A stretch of DNA of 64,000 nt from an uncultured Nanoarchaeota archaeon (GCA_963743615.1 CAVUQF010000002.1:129697-193696), one strand, 5' to 3'. Shown: positions 1 through 10,122, numbered from the stretch's first letter. Notes: generated by a model not told the origin, from the sequence alone. Numbers and translations are program-made.

Positions 1-72
1 CGCACGAAATCCTTTCGCGGATACTGTATAATGCCCCGGATTAGACTCGTCCGATGTTATTTTATATTCCAT
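1..72 (-). CDS. 3' fragment of an unidentified gene whose start lies beyond the window edge
   Basis: The minus strand reads open to the window edge, with M-E-Y-K-I-T-S-D at about position 72. Confidence 0.2.
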   Translation of the reverse strand, partial: MEYKITSDESNPGHYTVSAKGFRA

Positions 73-327
73 GAATGTAAACCCTGGGAGATTCTTCAAG
101 TTTATCAAAAAGACAACTTGAAGCTTCTCCTGGGGAAAAAGAGGTGATAGTAAACCTATAATTATCCGCTATATAAACCTTTCGGTTTTGTTACCCTTAA
201 AGAATGACAAGGACTTGTCAATATAGAGTAGTAATCTCCGCTACCTTTTTCATTGAAAAATAGGTACTACATCTGACAAAATGTAGGAACTACAAATATT
301 TATATAGAACTTTCATTTATATACTTA

Positions 328-1239
328 ATGGAAAAACAAGAGGAAAATAAGGCAAAGCCAGAGGTTAGCTCTAAACAAGAACAGATTCATGACTTATTAT
401 TTAGCAGAGAAATTAGTTGGCAGGAGATAATTTATGATTTGATCAACACAGAGCAGTTAGATCCCTGGGATATTGATATTGGGGTCCTAGCAAACAAATA
501 TTTGGAGAAATTAAGACGTCTTGAGGATGAAGACTTCTTCGTTTCAAGCAAAGTTTTGCTCGCAGCTGCTTTTCTTCTTAGGATAAAATCGGAATTATTG
601 CTAAGTAAGTATCTTAAAAGCATTGATGAGATCCTTTTTGGAAAGAAAGAAGAGAAAATTCAAAAAATAAATCTAGATGAACTTGACTTTGAGGACATTC
701 CTGATTTGATCCCTAAAAGTCCGCTGCCAAGATTCAAGAAAGTTTCATTAAAAGAGCTTATAGAATCTCTAAATAAGGCTATTATCACGGAAAACAGGAG
801 AATAAAGAAGGAAATAGTAAATACCAATGCGCTTAGAGAAACATCCATATCTCTTCCAAAAAGAAGGTTTAATCCAACAACCAAATCGAAGGAAATATAT
901 GAAAAGTTGCTTGATTACATAAAACAGAACTTTGCCGATAAAATTCCATTCTCGGAGCTTACTGGAGCAGATAAGGAAGAGAGGATTATTTCATTTTCAA
1001 TGCTTCTTAATCTAGAAAATCAGAGAAAGGTCTGGCTCGAACAGTTAGGTCATTTTGAGGAATTTTATATTTGGCCAAGAAGTCTTTATTTTAAGAAAAA
1101 TCCTGATTTTTTTGTTGATTTGATAAAAGAGTATGGGAAGGCATTGGATGAGGAAGCTAAAATTGCAGAAAATGTGGAAGATCCAGATATTTTTGAAAGT
1201 GAGATTATAGAATCTGAAAATTTGGGCAATAATCCTTAA
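328..1239 (+). CDS. scpA: Segregation and condensation protein A (ScpA-like kleisin)
   Basis: The N-terminal motif LDPWDIDIGVLANKYLEKL is typical of ScpA. A TATA-like ATATTTATATA lies about 29 nt upstream. Confidence 0.55.
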   Translation: MEKQEENKAKPEVSSKQEQIHDLLFSREISWQEIIYDLINTEQLDPWDIDIGVLANKYLEKLRRLEDEDFFVSSKVLLAAAFLLRIKSELLLSKYLKSIDEILFGKKEEKIQKINLDELDFEDIPDLIPKSPLPRFKKVSLKELIESLNKAIITENRRIKKEIVNTNALRETSISLPKRRFNPTTKSKEIYEKLLDYIKQNFADKIPFSELTGADKEERIISFSMLLNLENQRKVWLEQLGHFEEFYIWPRSLYFKKNPDFFVDLIKEYGKALDEEAKIAENVEDPDIFESEIIESENLGNNP

Positions 1240-1264
1240 ATATAGTTGATTTTTGTAGAAGCTT

Positions 1265-1573
1265 ATGAATGAAGATGATGTAATACATTATGATAACGAA
1301 AAAGTTATACTAAAATATTGCTTCGATCCTGAGAAGGGCTTGTCTAAAATAGCAAGTTTTGTTCCAGTTTCATCAGGTACTATCTTTAGGAATGGTGATT
1401 ATGAGGTGATGGAGGAGATAGCACAAATCTATCTAGTAAAAGATGCATTAGATAAAAGAGGACTAAGATCTCTTATAGAAATTGAGGAAATTATGCAGGA
1501 TCTTGAAGTTGATACTTCAGGAAAGATGGTATTAACTCTAAGGGGAAAGGCAGTCTACAAAAAACATAGATAG
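1265..1573 (+). CDS. Hypothetical small protein
   Basis: A 102-aa ORF sits in operon-like spacing after scpA. It ends with a TAG stop. Confidence 0.4.
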   Translation: MNEDDVIHYDNEKVILKYCFDPEKGLSKIASFVPVSSGTIFRNGDYEVMEEIAQIYLVKDALDKRGLRSLIEIEEIMQDLEVDTSGKMVLTLRGKAVYKKHR

Positions 1574-1625
1574 TGAGTCATGCACCTAGCGCTTATTATA
1601 TAAATCATTTCTTACATATAAAAAT

Positions 1626-2309
1626 ATGAAACTAGGAGTTCTATTTTCGGGAGGGAAAGACTCTACTTACGCTGCATGGCTTGCAAAAAAGCAGGGTTAT
1701 GAAATAACTTGTCTTATTTCTATAGTTTCTTTGAACAAAGATTCCTACATGTTTCACACACCATCTATATCTTCCACAGAAGTTCAGGCGAAAGCTATGA
1801 ATATCCATATAATTATTCAGAAAACAGGAGGAAAAAAGGAAGAGGAATTGAAAGATTTGAAAGATGCGATAAAAAAGGCGATTAAAGAGTACAAAATAGA
1901 GGGAATTGTTACGGGAGCTGTAGAAAGTGTTTATCAAGCTTCTAGAATTCAAAAGATTTGTAATGAGCTAGGTATTGAATGTTTTAATCCATTATGGCAG
2001 AAAAATCAATTTGAACTTTTGGAAGATTTGATAAAAAATAAGTTTAAAGTTATAATCACCGGAGTTTTTGCTTTTCCTTTTGATGAGAAATATCTTGGAA
2101 GACAAATTGATAAGAAATTTATTGAAGAAATGAAAGTTTTGAATCAGAAATATAAAATCTCTCCTGCCGGTGAAGGCGGAGAGTTTGAGAGTTTTGTTCT
2201 TGATTGTCCCTTATTTGAAAGACCATTAAAAATAAAGGGTTTTGAAAACATTGAAGAAGGGAAAAATAGCTGGAGAAGAGAGCTAAAGTTTGGATTATAT
2301 CTGAATTAG
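1626..2309 (+). CDS. PP-loop ATP pyrophosphatase (MJ0570-like, diphthine-ammonia ligase-like)
   Basis: An SGGKDS PP-loop motif sits at the N-terminus. The roughly 227-aa size is typical of the archaeal DPH6-like ATPase domain. Confidence 0.65.
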   Translation: MKLGVLFSGGKDSTYAAWLAKKQGYEITCLISIVSLNKDSYMFHTPSISSTEVQAKAMNIHIIIQKTGGKKEEELKDLKDAIKKAIKEYKIEGIVTGAVESVYQASRIQKICNELGIECFNPLWQKNQFELLEDLIKNKFKVIITGVFAFPFDEKYLGRQIDKKFIEEMKVLNQKYKISPAGEGGEFESFVLDCPLFERPLKIKGFENIEEGKNSWRRELKFGLYLN

Positions 2310-3736
2310 TGCACCTTTCTTTTATTATATTTAACCACAAATCTTTTTTTAGTACTTATTCTCCGAGTTGGAATGAACTTTTTTATTACTACCACCAAAA
2401 GAACAATTCCTACCCCCGCTATTATTATAACTTGCCACCAAACTAGATTATTCTGATTGAATGGTCCCTTAATTTGCAATGTATTGTTACTCAAATTAGT
2501 TTGGTGGTTACCGTATGGTACAATAACTGACTGTCCTCCAATAGCAAAGTAGCTAAATGAATTAACGTTTGTTTGATAATAATAAAAGTTGCTATCTGTT
2601 TTATTTAAAGCGGTAGGAAGGGCTACCCATTGGTTATTTGTTAAATTATCTAACTTGTAAATTGATATCTTAGCGGGAGAAATATTATTTTCAGAAATCC
2701 AAGACTTATTTACTTTGAAAATTAGATTTGCATTTTGTAACAGTGCTAAGACCTGAGGATTATTAAAACTTATTTGGAGATATTGATATACTCGGCTTGA
2801 ATTTATGGAAGGTATTCCTGAAGGAGCGGAGGAATATTTATTTATGATTACATTCGTGCTCACTTCCCCGTTTGTAGTTATACTCATCTCATCCAAACTA
2901 AGCATTGGATCAAAACCGAGGGAAGGATTAGAGAAATTTAATACAGGGGTGTTTTGCGGGGTTAGTGTCGTTTGCAGGCTTGACTGGGTTGTTGCTGACG
3001 AACTTCCTCCTGAAGGACTAGAACCAATCCCTGAAGGAGTAGGGTTGACAGAATAGGTTGCACTTGAGGTTGCACTATTTCCTGCATTGTCGACTACAGT
3101 GCATGTGTAAGTATAAGTTCCGGAATTTAATGTACTTGGACTAGATGACAAAGTTGTAGAACTAACTCCTGAAGTTGCATCGGTTCCCGAACAACTGCAA
3201 TTAATTGAAGCACCAGTGTAAACAATAGAAGGGTTACATAAGGCCACTGCAAGGGGGGGAGTATTATCAATGATAAATGGATCAGAAAAATCAAAACTAG
3301 TCTGGTTTAAACTGTCTGTTGCCACGACTTTTACAAGATAATTTCCATCCGTAACTCCAATAGTGTTCCATGAATAGTTAAGATTTAAAGAATTATTGGA
3401 GACTATTGTCTGATTATAAGATTCATCAGGGTTGCTTAAGGTGATATTATAGAATGAGATATTATATCCGTTGGGGGAAATTGATTGTATATAAGAGATA
3501 TTGATAATGCCACTATAGCTGGTATTTGCCGGAATATAAACATGAGGAACGCTTGGAGGTTGCCCTGCTTCTTGTAATAAATCACTACTTACAGAAGAGC
3601 AGCTGGTGTTCCCTGTGTTATTGGTTGCGCAGGCATAATAATAAAATGTGGTTGTATTATCATATTGATGAAGATGTGCATCCACGGTATATGTTTGATT
3701 TGTCCATGTCCCCCCATTATTTCCCGATGTTTGCAT
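2306..3736 (-). CDS. Surface glycoprotein, C-terminal part (S/T/N-rich, C-terminal TM anchor plus basic tail)
   Basis: The ORF has no signal peptide of its own, is S/T/N-rich, and carries a C-terminal TM (IIIAGVGIVLLVVVI) followed by a KR tail. Its frame stays open upstream to 3856. Confidence 0.55.
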   Translation of the reverse strand: MQTSGNNGGTWTNQTYTVDAHLHQYDNTTTFYYYACATNNTGNTSCSSVSSDLLQEAGQPPSVPHVYIPANTSYSGIINISYIQSISPNGYNISFYNITLSNPDESYNQTIVSNNSLNLNYSWNTIGVTDGNYLVKVVATDSLNQTSFDFSDPFIIDNTPPLAVALCNPSIVYTGASINCSCSGTDATSGVSSTTLSSSPSTLNSGTYTYTCTVVDNAGNSATSSATYSVNPTPSGIGSSPSGGSSSATTQSSLQTTLTPQNTPVLNFSNPSLGFDPMLSLDEMSITTNGEVSTNVIINKYSSAPSGIPSINSSRVYQYLQISFNNPQVLALLQNANLIFKVNKSWISENNISPAKISIYKLDNLTNNQWVALPTALNKTDSNFYYYQTNVNSFSYFAIGGQSVIVPYGNHQTNLSNNTLQIKGPFNQNNLVWWQVIIIAGVGIVLLVVVIKKFIPTRRISTKKRFVVKYNKRKVH

Positions 3737-3753
3737 TGCTCCTATTCTTGAAG

Positions 3754-4512
3754 TTACGGGAACGTTATAAACTTCCCAAGTACCCCCCCTCCATTTCTTA
3801 AGACAAGATAAGACACGGGAGTAACATAAACTGCATTTTCTGCTAATCCTGTGGTGGTATTAACTGCCAAACTAACCAATTGATATTTAGAGTTATTTAA
3901 TCCTTGTTCACTAGTGTTGAAGGTTGGGTTTCCTGCAATAGAACCAAATTGTATACAATTTGAATTTATTGTAACAGTTCCAGATGAATAAGTTGAATTG
4001 CAATAAAAAACAAACAAGGAAGATGTCCCCGTTGTAGCATTAGCCATAAATTCAAATAAGTTATAAGCTGTGGTGTTAGAAACATTTAGAAATTGTATTT
4101 TTACAGCATTATTATTTGTCAAACCAACTATTGAGTGGGGTGTGTTTTCCATAATTTCTTGATTAATGTTGGTGTCTATTGGATACACATCGTTATCATC
4201 CAAATAAAAACTCCAATTCGTAGACGTATTTGTTCCGGATTCGTTGAAAAATCCAGAATAAGAAGTTCCATTTGAGTAATAATCCACATTGCTTGTCGAG
4301 GTGTTAGTCTTATAATACAAGGACACATTGGAAGCATTTATTGCTCCGGAAGTGGTATCCGTGATATTGTAACTTATGTTTACCCCGTTAGTATAAAGAT
4401 TTGTTGTATTTATATCGGCAGGGATCTGACTGATTATGATAAATAAGGGTGTACAGATAACAAAACTTACCAAAAAAACTATTAGAAAAGCAAGCACCAA
4501 CTTTTTATTCAT
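3754..4512 (-). CDS. Surface glycoprotein, N-terminal part (signal peptide plus N-x-S/T-rich ectodomain)
   Basis: The N-terminal signal/TM is MNKKLVLAFLIVFLVSFVIC and the protein is very rich in N-x-S/T sequons. It ends 17 nt before the next ORF, which is in another frame. A C7 tract lies at 3783-3789. Confidence 0.55.
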   Translation of the reverse strand: MNKKLVLAFLIVFLVSFVICTPLFIIISQIPADINTTNLYTNGVNISYNITDTTSGAINASNVSLYYKTNTSTSNVDYYSNGTSYSGFFNESGTNTSTNWSFYLDDNDVYPIDTNINQEIMENTPHSIVGLTNNNAVKIQFLNVSNTTAYNLFEFMANATTGTSSLFVFYCNSTYSSGTVTINSNCIQFGSIAGNPTFNTSEQGLNNSKYQLVSLAVNTTTGLAENAVYVTPVSYLVLRNGGGVLGKFITFP

Positions 4513-4622
4513 CGTCTTATACTATGAAGTATATATTTAAAAATATATTTACAACTCTTTATCGCTTCTATTATATTTGAACCCTTCAAATTGTTTATAA
4601 ATAATATTTTTGTATATTAACT

Positions 4623-5237
4623 ATGGTAGATGAAGACAAATTTATAATGGTCTCTTTGGATGATGAAAAATCAAAAGCAGTAGCAGAAGTTTTATCTTCA
4701 AAAACCTGCAAGAGTATCATAGGATATCTAGCAGAAAATAAGGAGGCAAGTGAGAAAGATTTATCTGACAAACTGAACATACCCCTTAATACGATTGAAT
4801 ACAATCTCAAAAAACTTATTGAGTCTGGATTTGTACAAAAAAGAAAGAATTTCTTTTGGAGTAAAAAAGGAAAAAAAATTGCAATGTATGAGCTTTCAAA
4901 CAAATCAATTATAATCTCACATAAAAAACCAACAAAAGAAAAGATAAAATCAATTGTTCCAACAGTTATACTTACCTCTGTGGGGGCATTTGCCATATGG
5001 GCTTATGAGAAAATATCCGCTTCATTATCTTCATGTAGTTCTAGTATCCTTGGGAGAGGTACAGCGGCCTGTGCATATAACTCAGCAAGTATAGCTGCTC
5101 CTGTTGCAACTCAGATAGTCTCTCAGGCAACTTCTGGAACTACGGTCATAGCGTCATATCCTCTATGGGAATGGTTCTTACTTGGGGGATTAATTGCCAT
5201 ATTTATCTTTTCGGTTATAAATTGGAGAAAATTGTAA
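4623..5237 (+). CDS. ArsR-family winged-helix regulator with C-terminal transmembrane segments
   Basis: The N-terminal wHTH reads ...KSIIGYLAENKEASEKDLSDKLNIPLNTIEYNLKKLIESGFV. Two predicted C-terminal TM helices follow. Confidence 0.5.
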   Translation: MVDEDKFIMVSLDDEKSKAVAEVLSSKTCKSIIGYLAENKEASEKDLSDKLNIPLNTIEYNLKKLIESGFVQKRKNFFWSKKGKKIAMYELSNKSIIISHKKPTKEKIKSIVPTVILTSVGAFAIWAYEKISASLSSCSSSILGRGTAACAYNSASIAAPVATQIVSQATSGTTVIASYPLWEWFLLGGLIAIFIFSVINWRKL

Positions 5238-5248
5238 GGAGGTTTAAA

Positions 5249-6022
5249 ATGAAAAAAGAAAATAACGCCATTATTGTAACTTCAATAATTGCAGGTACAA
5301 TAATAATTTTGGGATTGCTGGCAATGTTTGTTTTTGTTCCTATGCTCTCGACAACAGGGAACACAATAAGTGTTCAGGGAACTTCCACGATACAAGCTAC
5401 TCCCGACTTGGTTGCAGTGTATTTTAACATACAAACAAATGGGACTACTAGTTCAGAGGCAAATGATGCAGACGCCGTTATTTACGGTAATTTAACCTCT
5501 GCTTTGCTCTCAATGGGATTTAATAATAGCCAAATTGGGACAGACAGTTTTACAATTTATCCTAATGTTGTTTATGATAGCCTTGGTAATGCAACGAACG
5601 AAGGGTATATAGCAAGTCAGACTGTAAAGCTTGAATTTTCTGCAAATGATACAAATAAACTTGCCTCAGTTATTGATGCTGGTGCAAATGCCGGTGCGGG
5701 AGTATCCTCAATAGACTTTGAATTAAGTCAAGCATTACAGAATCAGTACAAGTCGCAAGCTCTTACTTTAGCTTCGCAGGATGCAAAAGTAAAAGCAGAC
5801 GCCGTTGCCTCTGGTCTTGGAAAATCTGTGGGAAATTTGGTATCTGTGAGCGTGGATAACTTTGAATATGCTCCTTTTGTTGTATACAATGGGGTAGCAT
5901 CTGGAGGAGCATTAGCGGGACCAATGGTTGGAGCTACATCCGCAAAAACTGCTATAATGAATATTTCCCCCACAACACAGGATGTAAGTGCAAGTGTTAC
6001 AGCAGTATATAAGATTGTTTAG
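5249..6022 (+). CDS. SIMPL/DUF541-like membrane-anchored protein
   Basis: A GGAGG sits 7 nt upstream of the ATG at 5249. The protein has an N-terminal TM and an A/S/T-rich body with a DUF541-like pattern (PDLVAVYFNIQT...). The track ORF starts earlier, at 5165, in the same frame. Confidence 0.45.
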   Translation: MKKENNAIIVTSIIAGTIIILGLLAMFVFVPMLSTTGNTISVQGTSTIQATPDLVAVYFNIQTNGTTSSEANDADAVIYGNLTSALLSMGFNNSQIGTDSFTIYPNVVYDSLGNATNEGYIASQTVKLEFSANDTNKLASVIDAGANAGAGVSSIDFELSQALQNQYKSQALTLASQDAKVKADAVASGLGKSVGNLVSVSVDNFEYAPFVVYNGVASGGALAGPMVGATSAKTAIMNISPTTQDVSASVTAVYKIV

Positions 6023-6058
6023 GAAGTTAGATTTTTAACTTCCTTTTTTCTTTATTTT

Positions 6059-6556
6059 TTGATGATTTTGATAGTTAGTATTTGCAAAGAAGAACTTCAT
6101 TATTTTGAGTTTGTAAAGCCTGTTGAAGATATTTTAACAAACAGCAAAATATCTTTTTTTACAAAATTTTATCTTGAAGTTAAGGATTCAGATATAATAA
6201 AAGCTGATAAGATCATAATTTGTGGTACTTCCCTTAAAGACAATGATTTTATTATGCATATTGACAAATTTAGTTGGGTAAAAACGTTCAGCAAACCTAT
6301 CTTAGGTATTTGTGGTGGAGCTCATGTTATTGGATTAATGTTAGGATATAAATTAAAAAGTAATAGAGAAATAGGGTTTAAAGAGCTGGAGATCAAGGAA
6401 GAGTTCTTGGGAATTAGAGGTAAACTGGAAGTCTATCATTTACATCAATTTTCAGCACTTCCTGAAGTTTTTCACAAAGGAAATATATATGCAACTTTAT
6501 TTCACCCTGAAGTAAGAAACAAGAGTATTATAGAAAACTTTGCTAGAAAGATATAA
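6059..6556 (+). CDS. Class I glutamine amidotransferase-like protein
   Basis: A GICGGAH nucleophile-elbow-like motif and a C-terminal FHPE (His-Pro-Glu) motif are characteristic of GATase1. Confidence 0.5.
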   Translation: MMILIVSICKEELHYFEFVKPVEDILTNSKISFFTKFYLEVKDSDIIKADKIIICGTSLKDNDFIMHIDKFSWVKTFSKPILGICGGAHVIGLMLGYKLKSNREIGFKELEIKEEFLGIRGKLEVYHLHQFSALPEVFHKGNIYATLFHPEVRNKSIIENFARKI

Positions 6557-7316
6557 CTCTCAGAGGGCTGTCTGAAGCCTTTATTTCAACAGTATCTCCC
6601 CTATTGAACTCAAATATAGAATCGTTTATTGCTATTATCCCTCCATGATCCCTTGTTGACTCAATTATCAATTTTTCTTCCTCATTTATATCTCCATTAA
6701 GAAGAGTGGGTTTGAAGACTCTTTTTCCGAAATAAGGTTCTCTAACAATAAATTTCAGCTTTTTATCTGAATAGTGAAATGGTTTTCCTCCTGCAGACAA
6801 AAACCAAGCTTCAGATCCTGTTCCCGTTGAGACAATTACCCCAGAGCTCCTTTGTTCTTCTTTTTTACCTTTGAAATTTATTTTATACCTTGAACTATGA
6901 AATTGTGAAAATGCCCCAATATAAACTTCATTTAGGGCTTTTTCATCCAAAAGTCTTCCATTTATAATTACATCTGCCCTTTCCCTGATTATTATCTTGA
7001 AATTCCCTCTAGCTAGCTCCTTTAGCTTTCCAATTTCCCCAATTGTTATTGATGTCAAAGCCCCCTCGCTTTTTTTGGGATTTGAATTTATTCCCAGGAT
7101 CAAAGAACTATGGACAATATGAGCCGCCCTTGTAAATGTGCCATCTCCTCCTAAAGTTATTACAAGATCTTTATCTTCAAGGATATCTCTATTCATTGAA
7201 GTATAATCAATTACGGAAAAATTAGCTTCCGGAAAATTCTTTTTTATTTCTTCTATTTTGTTAAATAACTCTTCTTCAAGATCTTCTTTATGTAGTAGAA
7301 CTATATTTTTGAACAT
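6543..7316 (-). CDS. nadK: NAD(+) kinase
   Basis: The GGDGT motif, the NEVYI motif and the 257-aa length are typical of ATP-NAD kinases. Confidence 0.8.
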   Translation of the reverse strand: MFKNIVLLHKEDLEEELFNKIEEIKKNFPEANFSVIDYTSMNRDILEDKDLVITLGGDGTFTRAAHIVHSSLILGINSNPKKSEGALTSITIGEIGKLKELARGNFKIIIRERADVIINGRLLDEKALNEVYIGAFSQFHSSRYKINFKGKKEEQRSSGVIVSTGTGSEAWFLSAGGKPFHYSDKKLKFIVREPYFGKRVFKPTLLNGDINEEEKLIIESTRDHGGIIAINDSIFEFNRGDTVEIKASDSPLRVISF

Positions 7317-7340
7317 TTTTACAGAATTAATTCTGGCTAT

Positions 7341-7883
7341 TTATCTCTTTTCTTTCCTGTATATTACAACTAGATCTTCATCAGTTCCCGGTGATTTCCT
7401 TGATTTGTCAAAAATTCTTTTTGAGATAGATATGAATTTATTTGGTTTTTCTCCAGAGTTATGAACGTAAATAGTATTTGTATCATACCCTACGACAGGA
7501 ACGAAATGACCCTGATATCCTTTCTTTTTTTTGATAACATTCCAATCCAGAAGGATAATTGGAATACAATCTTTTCTGACAAATTTCAATATTTCTTTTA
7601 GGGAAAGTTCCCTTTCGGTTATTATCACCCCCGCCTTTTTGGCATCTTCAATCAGTTGCTTCATATACTTAATCAAGTTCATATCCAAATATTGTTTGTA
7701 AAAATCCATTTTTAGATTTTCTTCATTAAATAAGACATGTTTTGAATAGAATTGTGTTTTATACCCCAATTTTGATGCCGCTTCTGCAATTTGGATAGTT
7801 GCGACCCCCTTTCCTTCCTTTTTACCCATCAATCTCCCTAGTTCTTTAAGAGTCCTATTCTCTTTAAAATAGGCAAGGACCAT
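7341..7883 (-). CDS. Papain-like (peptidase C39-like/BtrH-like) domain protein
   Basis: The His motif GHFVPVVGYD is typical of the C39-like fold. The expected catalytic Cys position is not clear. Confidence 0.35.
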   Translation of the reverse strand: MVLAYFKENRTLKELGRLMGKKEGKGVATIQIAEAASKLGYKTQFYSKHVLFNEENLKMDFYKQYLDMNLIKYMKQLIEDAKKAGVIITERELSLKEILKFVRKDCIPIILLDWNVIKKKKGYQGHFVPVVGYDTNTIYVHNSGEKPNKFISISKRIFDKSRKSPGTDEDLVVIYRKEKR

Positions 7884-7945
7884 CTTTAGAGCAGCTGGTC
7901 AGCAATCTGATGATGCTATTTGTTTATAGAAAGGAACTCTCAGCT

Positions 7946-8554
7946 TCATTTTCTTCTTTTTTCATGCCTTTTCTTATGCCTTTCAAAAGATTTATTCAAA
8001 GAATCTCCAATATTGTAGAATAAAATCCTAAACTGATTTTCAACATCATCCCATCCAATATCTTTTCCTCTATTTGCTTTATTCAACTTTTCTCTTATTT
8101 TCTCCTTTTCTTTTTCCCATTTAATATCTCCAAGTTTTTTTAATTCAAATCCTTCTTTTGCCAATTTTGCATATCCCGCGATAAGTACAATTATGAAAAC
8201 GACGGCAGAAATTAGCCCTGGATGGATTAAAACTCCTGAATTTGTATAAATTTCCATAAACTGCCATATTTTATACAAGAACGAGACGATTATTGTGCTC
8301 AGTATCGCGCTTGTTATGGGTGCTAGAAGATTGAAAGGAGATTCAAAATTCCAAAAAATTTCATTTATTACCCCAAAGAAGAAAAGTGAAAAAAATAAGG
8401 GGATATTTGCATTGAAGAAGTTTATCACATTAGAATACACAGAATTCTGAACACTCGTTGCAAGTATGCCCGCAACTAGAATTAAAGTCACAAGGATAAT
8501 GAATCCGACGCTTCTCCCAATAATTATTGACAATGCAGAATGGTGTCTCTTCAT
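7946..8554 (-). CDS. Integral membrane protein, hypothetical
   Basis: Four predicted TM helices are followed by a C-terminal K/E/R-rich tail. Confidence 0.4.
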   Translation of the reverse strand: MKRHHSALSIIIGRSVGFIILVTLILVAGILATSVQNSVYSNVINFFNANIPLFFSLFFFGVINEIFWNFESPFNLLAPITSAILSTIIVSFLYKIWQFMEIYTNSGVLIHPGLISAVVFIIVLIAGYAKLAKEGFELKKLGDIKWEKEKEKIREKLNKANRGKDIGWDDVENQFRILFYNIGDSLNKSFERHKKRHEKRRK

Positions 8555-8587
8555 TGCAGAAAATAGTTTTGGAAATTTATAAACCTT

Positions 8588-9730
8588 TTATAATTTTAAT
8601 TCCGATTCTCTTCCGGAGTCCATCTCTTTGACTTTAAACTTGCCCGATTGGACCTCTTTTTCTCCTACAAAAATAACTTTACTTATTTTGTATGAATTTG
8701 CGTATTCCAATGCCTTCGTCGGCTTGCCGTAGAATATTGAAACTTCTCTATTTTCCCTTCTTAATTTTTGTGCAAGTTTTATTGAATCTCTGTCTTCCCC
8801 AAGTGAAACAATTAGATATCTTTCTCTGTTGGGCTTGAGATTCGCAACTGCAGATAGCCTCTCAACTCCGAATGAAATTCCAGTACATTTCACACTATTA
8901 AATTCATAACTTCCCCCTGCAATTATAGTCTCTTTTATTCCTGAGGCTTTTATTTCAAATACCATCCCATTGTAATAACTTAGACCTCTTATCAAAGTTG
9001 GAGAGAATTTAACTTCCATTCCGTAAATTCTGCAATAGTCCATTAGGCTGATAATTTCTTTATATCCTTTAAATTTGTTAAAATAATCTTCATTCCGCTT
9101 TAATGCGTCAATAACTTTCTCTGCTTTTAGCTTTTTCAGATTTGCTTTTATATCCTTTTCTGGAATTTTGTCAAATTTGTCGATCTCTCTAAGAACGTCT
9201 TCTCTGCTGTTTTTTATCTTAAGATCATCAAGTATTTCATTGAGTAGCCTTCTGTTGTTAATAATAACAATAGGTTTTACATTTACCTCTCTCAAAATAT
9301 CATCCGCAAGAGAGAGAACCTCTGCTTCATCTCGAGTTGGAATATCAGAAACTCCAACTATATCTACATCACATTGAGTAAATTGCCTTAATCTATTCAA
9401 AGAAACGGGTTCATCACGAAAAACGGGTCCTACTTCATACCTCTTGTAAGGAAGTTTTTTATTATTCATGAGCCTCTTAAGCTGAAAGGTAAACTCATAC
9501 CTTAGTGCAAGGTTTCTCTTTCCCTTATCTTTTAACCTGAATATATCTGAAACAGCTTCATCCTTTTCATTCTCTCCTCTTACAAAATCTTCATGTTCAA
9601 TCACAGGAGTTTCTGCAGGTTGGAAACCGTATCTTTCAAAGTTTCTTAGAATTATTTTTTTTATTTCTGCAATCTTCTCAGCCTCTTCACCTGTAAAATC
9701 TTTAAATCCCTTTACTAATTCACTAGTCAT
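8588..9730 (-). CDS. hisS: Histidyl-tRNA synthetase
   Basis: The class II motifs are present: KGFKDF..EE at the N-terminus, RYEFTFQLKR, and GPVFRDE. A C-terminal anticodon-binding region is present. Confidence 0.8.
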   Translation of the reverse strand: MTSELVKGFKDFTGEEAEKIAEIKKIILRNFERYGFQPAETPVIEHEDFVRGENEKDEAVSDIFRLKDKGKRNLALRYEFTFQLKRLMNNKKLPYKRYEVGPVFRDEPVSLNRLRQFTQCDVDIVGVSDIPTRDEAEVLSLADDILREVNVKPIVIINNRRLLNEILDDLKIKNSREDVLREIDKFDKIPEKDIKANLKKLKAEKVIDALKRNEDYFNKFKGYKEIISLMDYCRIYGMEVKFSPTLIRGLSYYNGMVFEIKASGIKETIIAGGSYEFNSVKCTGISFGVERLSAVANLKPNRERYLIVSLGEDRDSIKLAQKLRRENREVSIFYGKPTKALEYANSYKISKVIFVGEKEVQSGKFKVKEMDSGRESELKL

Positions 9731-9781
9731 TTTCTTCTCTGATAAAATAATATTTTCCTGCTTTTATACTTTTTCAAAAGA

Positions 9782-10018
9782 CTACCCTATTTTTAGAAAT
9801 AGGCTAATGGCAGTGAAGATTATTGTGGCTATAGACAAACTCCAGGTTGCAAAGACCAATTTTCTATTAACTAGTTCATCTCTGTAAGCAATATATTGTG
9901 GAAGAAGTTTTTTATGCAATTCCGAAGTGCTTAACCCTATATTGTGCTCCTTAAAATTCTTCTCTTCCATCTCGAGCATTCTTTCAAAACCCTCAACCCA
10001 ATCTTCAAACTTATCCAT
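9782..10018 (-). CDS. Small membrane protein, hypothetical
   Basis: A 78-aa ORF with a single C-terminal TM. Confidence 0.3.
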   Translation of the reverse strand: MDKFEDWVEGFERMLEMEEKNFKEHNIGLSTSELHKKLLPQYIAYRDELVNRKLVFATWSLSIATIIFTAISLFLKIG

Positions 10019-10122
10019 ATATCTAAAGGAGATTTATTACTTAAATAATTTTCGAAATAATGAGATTATTATATATTATATAAGAGAACAATCCTTAAGT
10101 ATAAACTTTAGTCTATTAGTTT

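Noticed and set aside
432-1952. Nested antisense ORFs in the track (432..623, 660..884, 1641..1952 and many similar ones throughout)
   Set aside because: They lie entirely within longer, motif-supported genes on the opposite strand and have low-complexity S/L/F-rich translations typical of AT-rich antisense frames.
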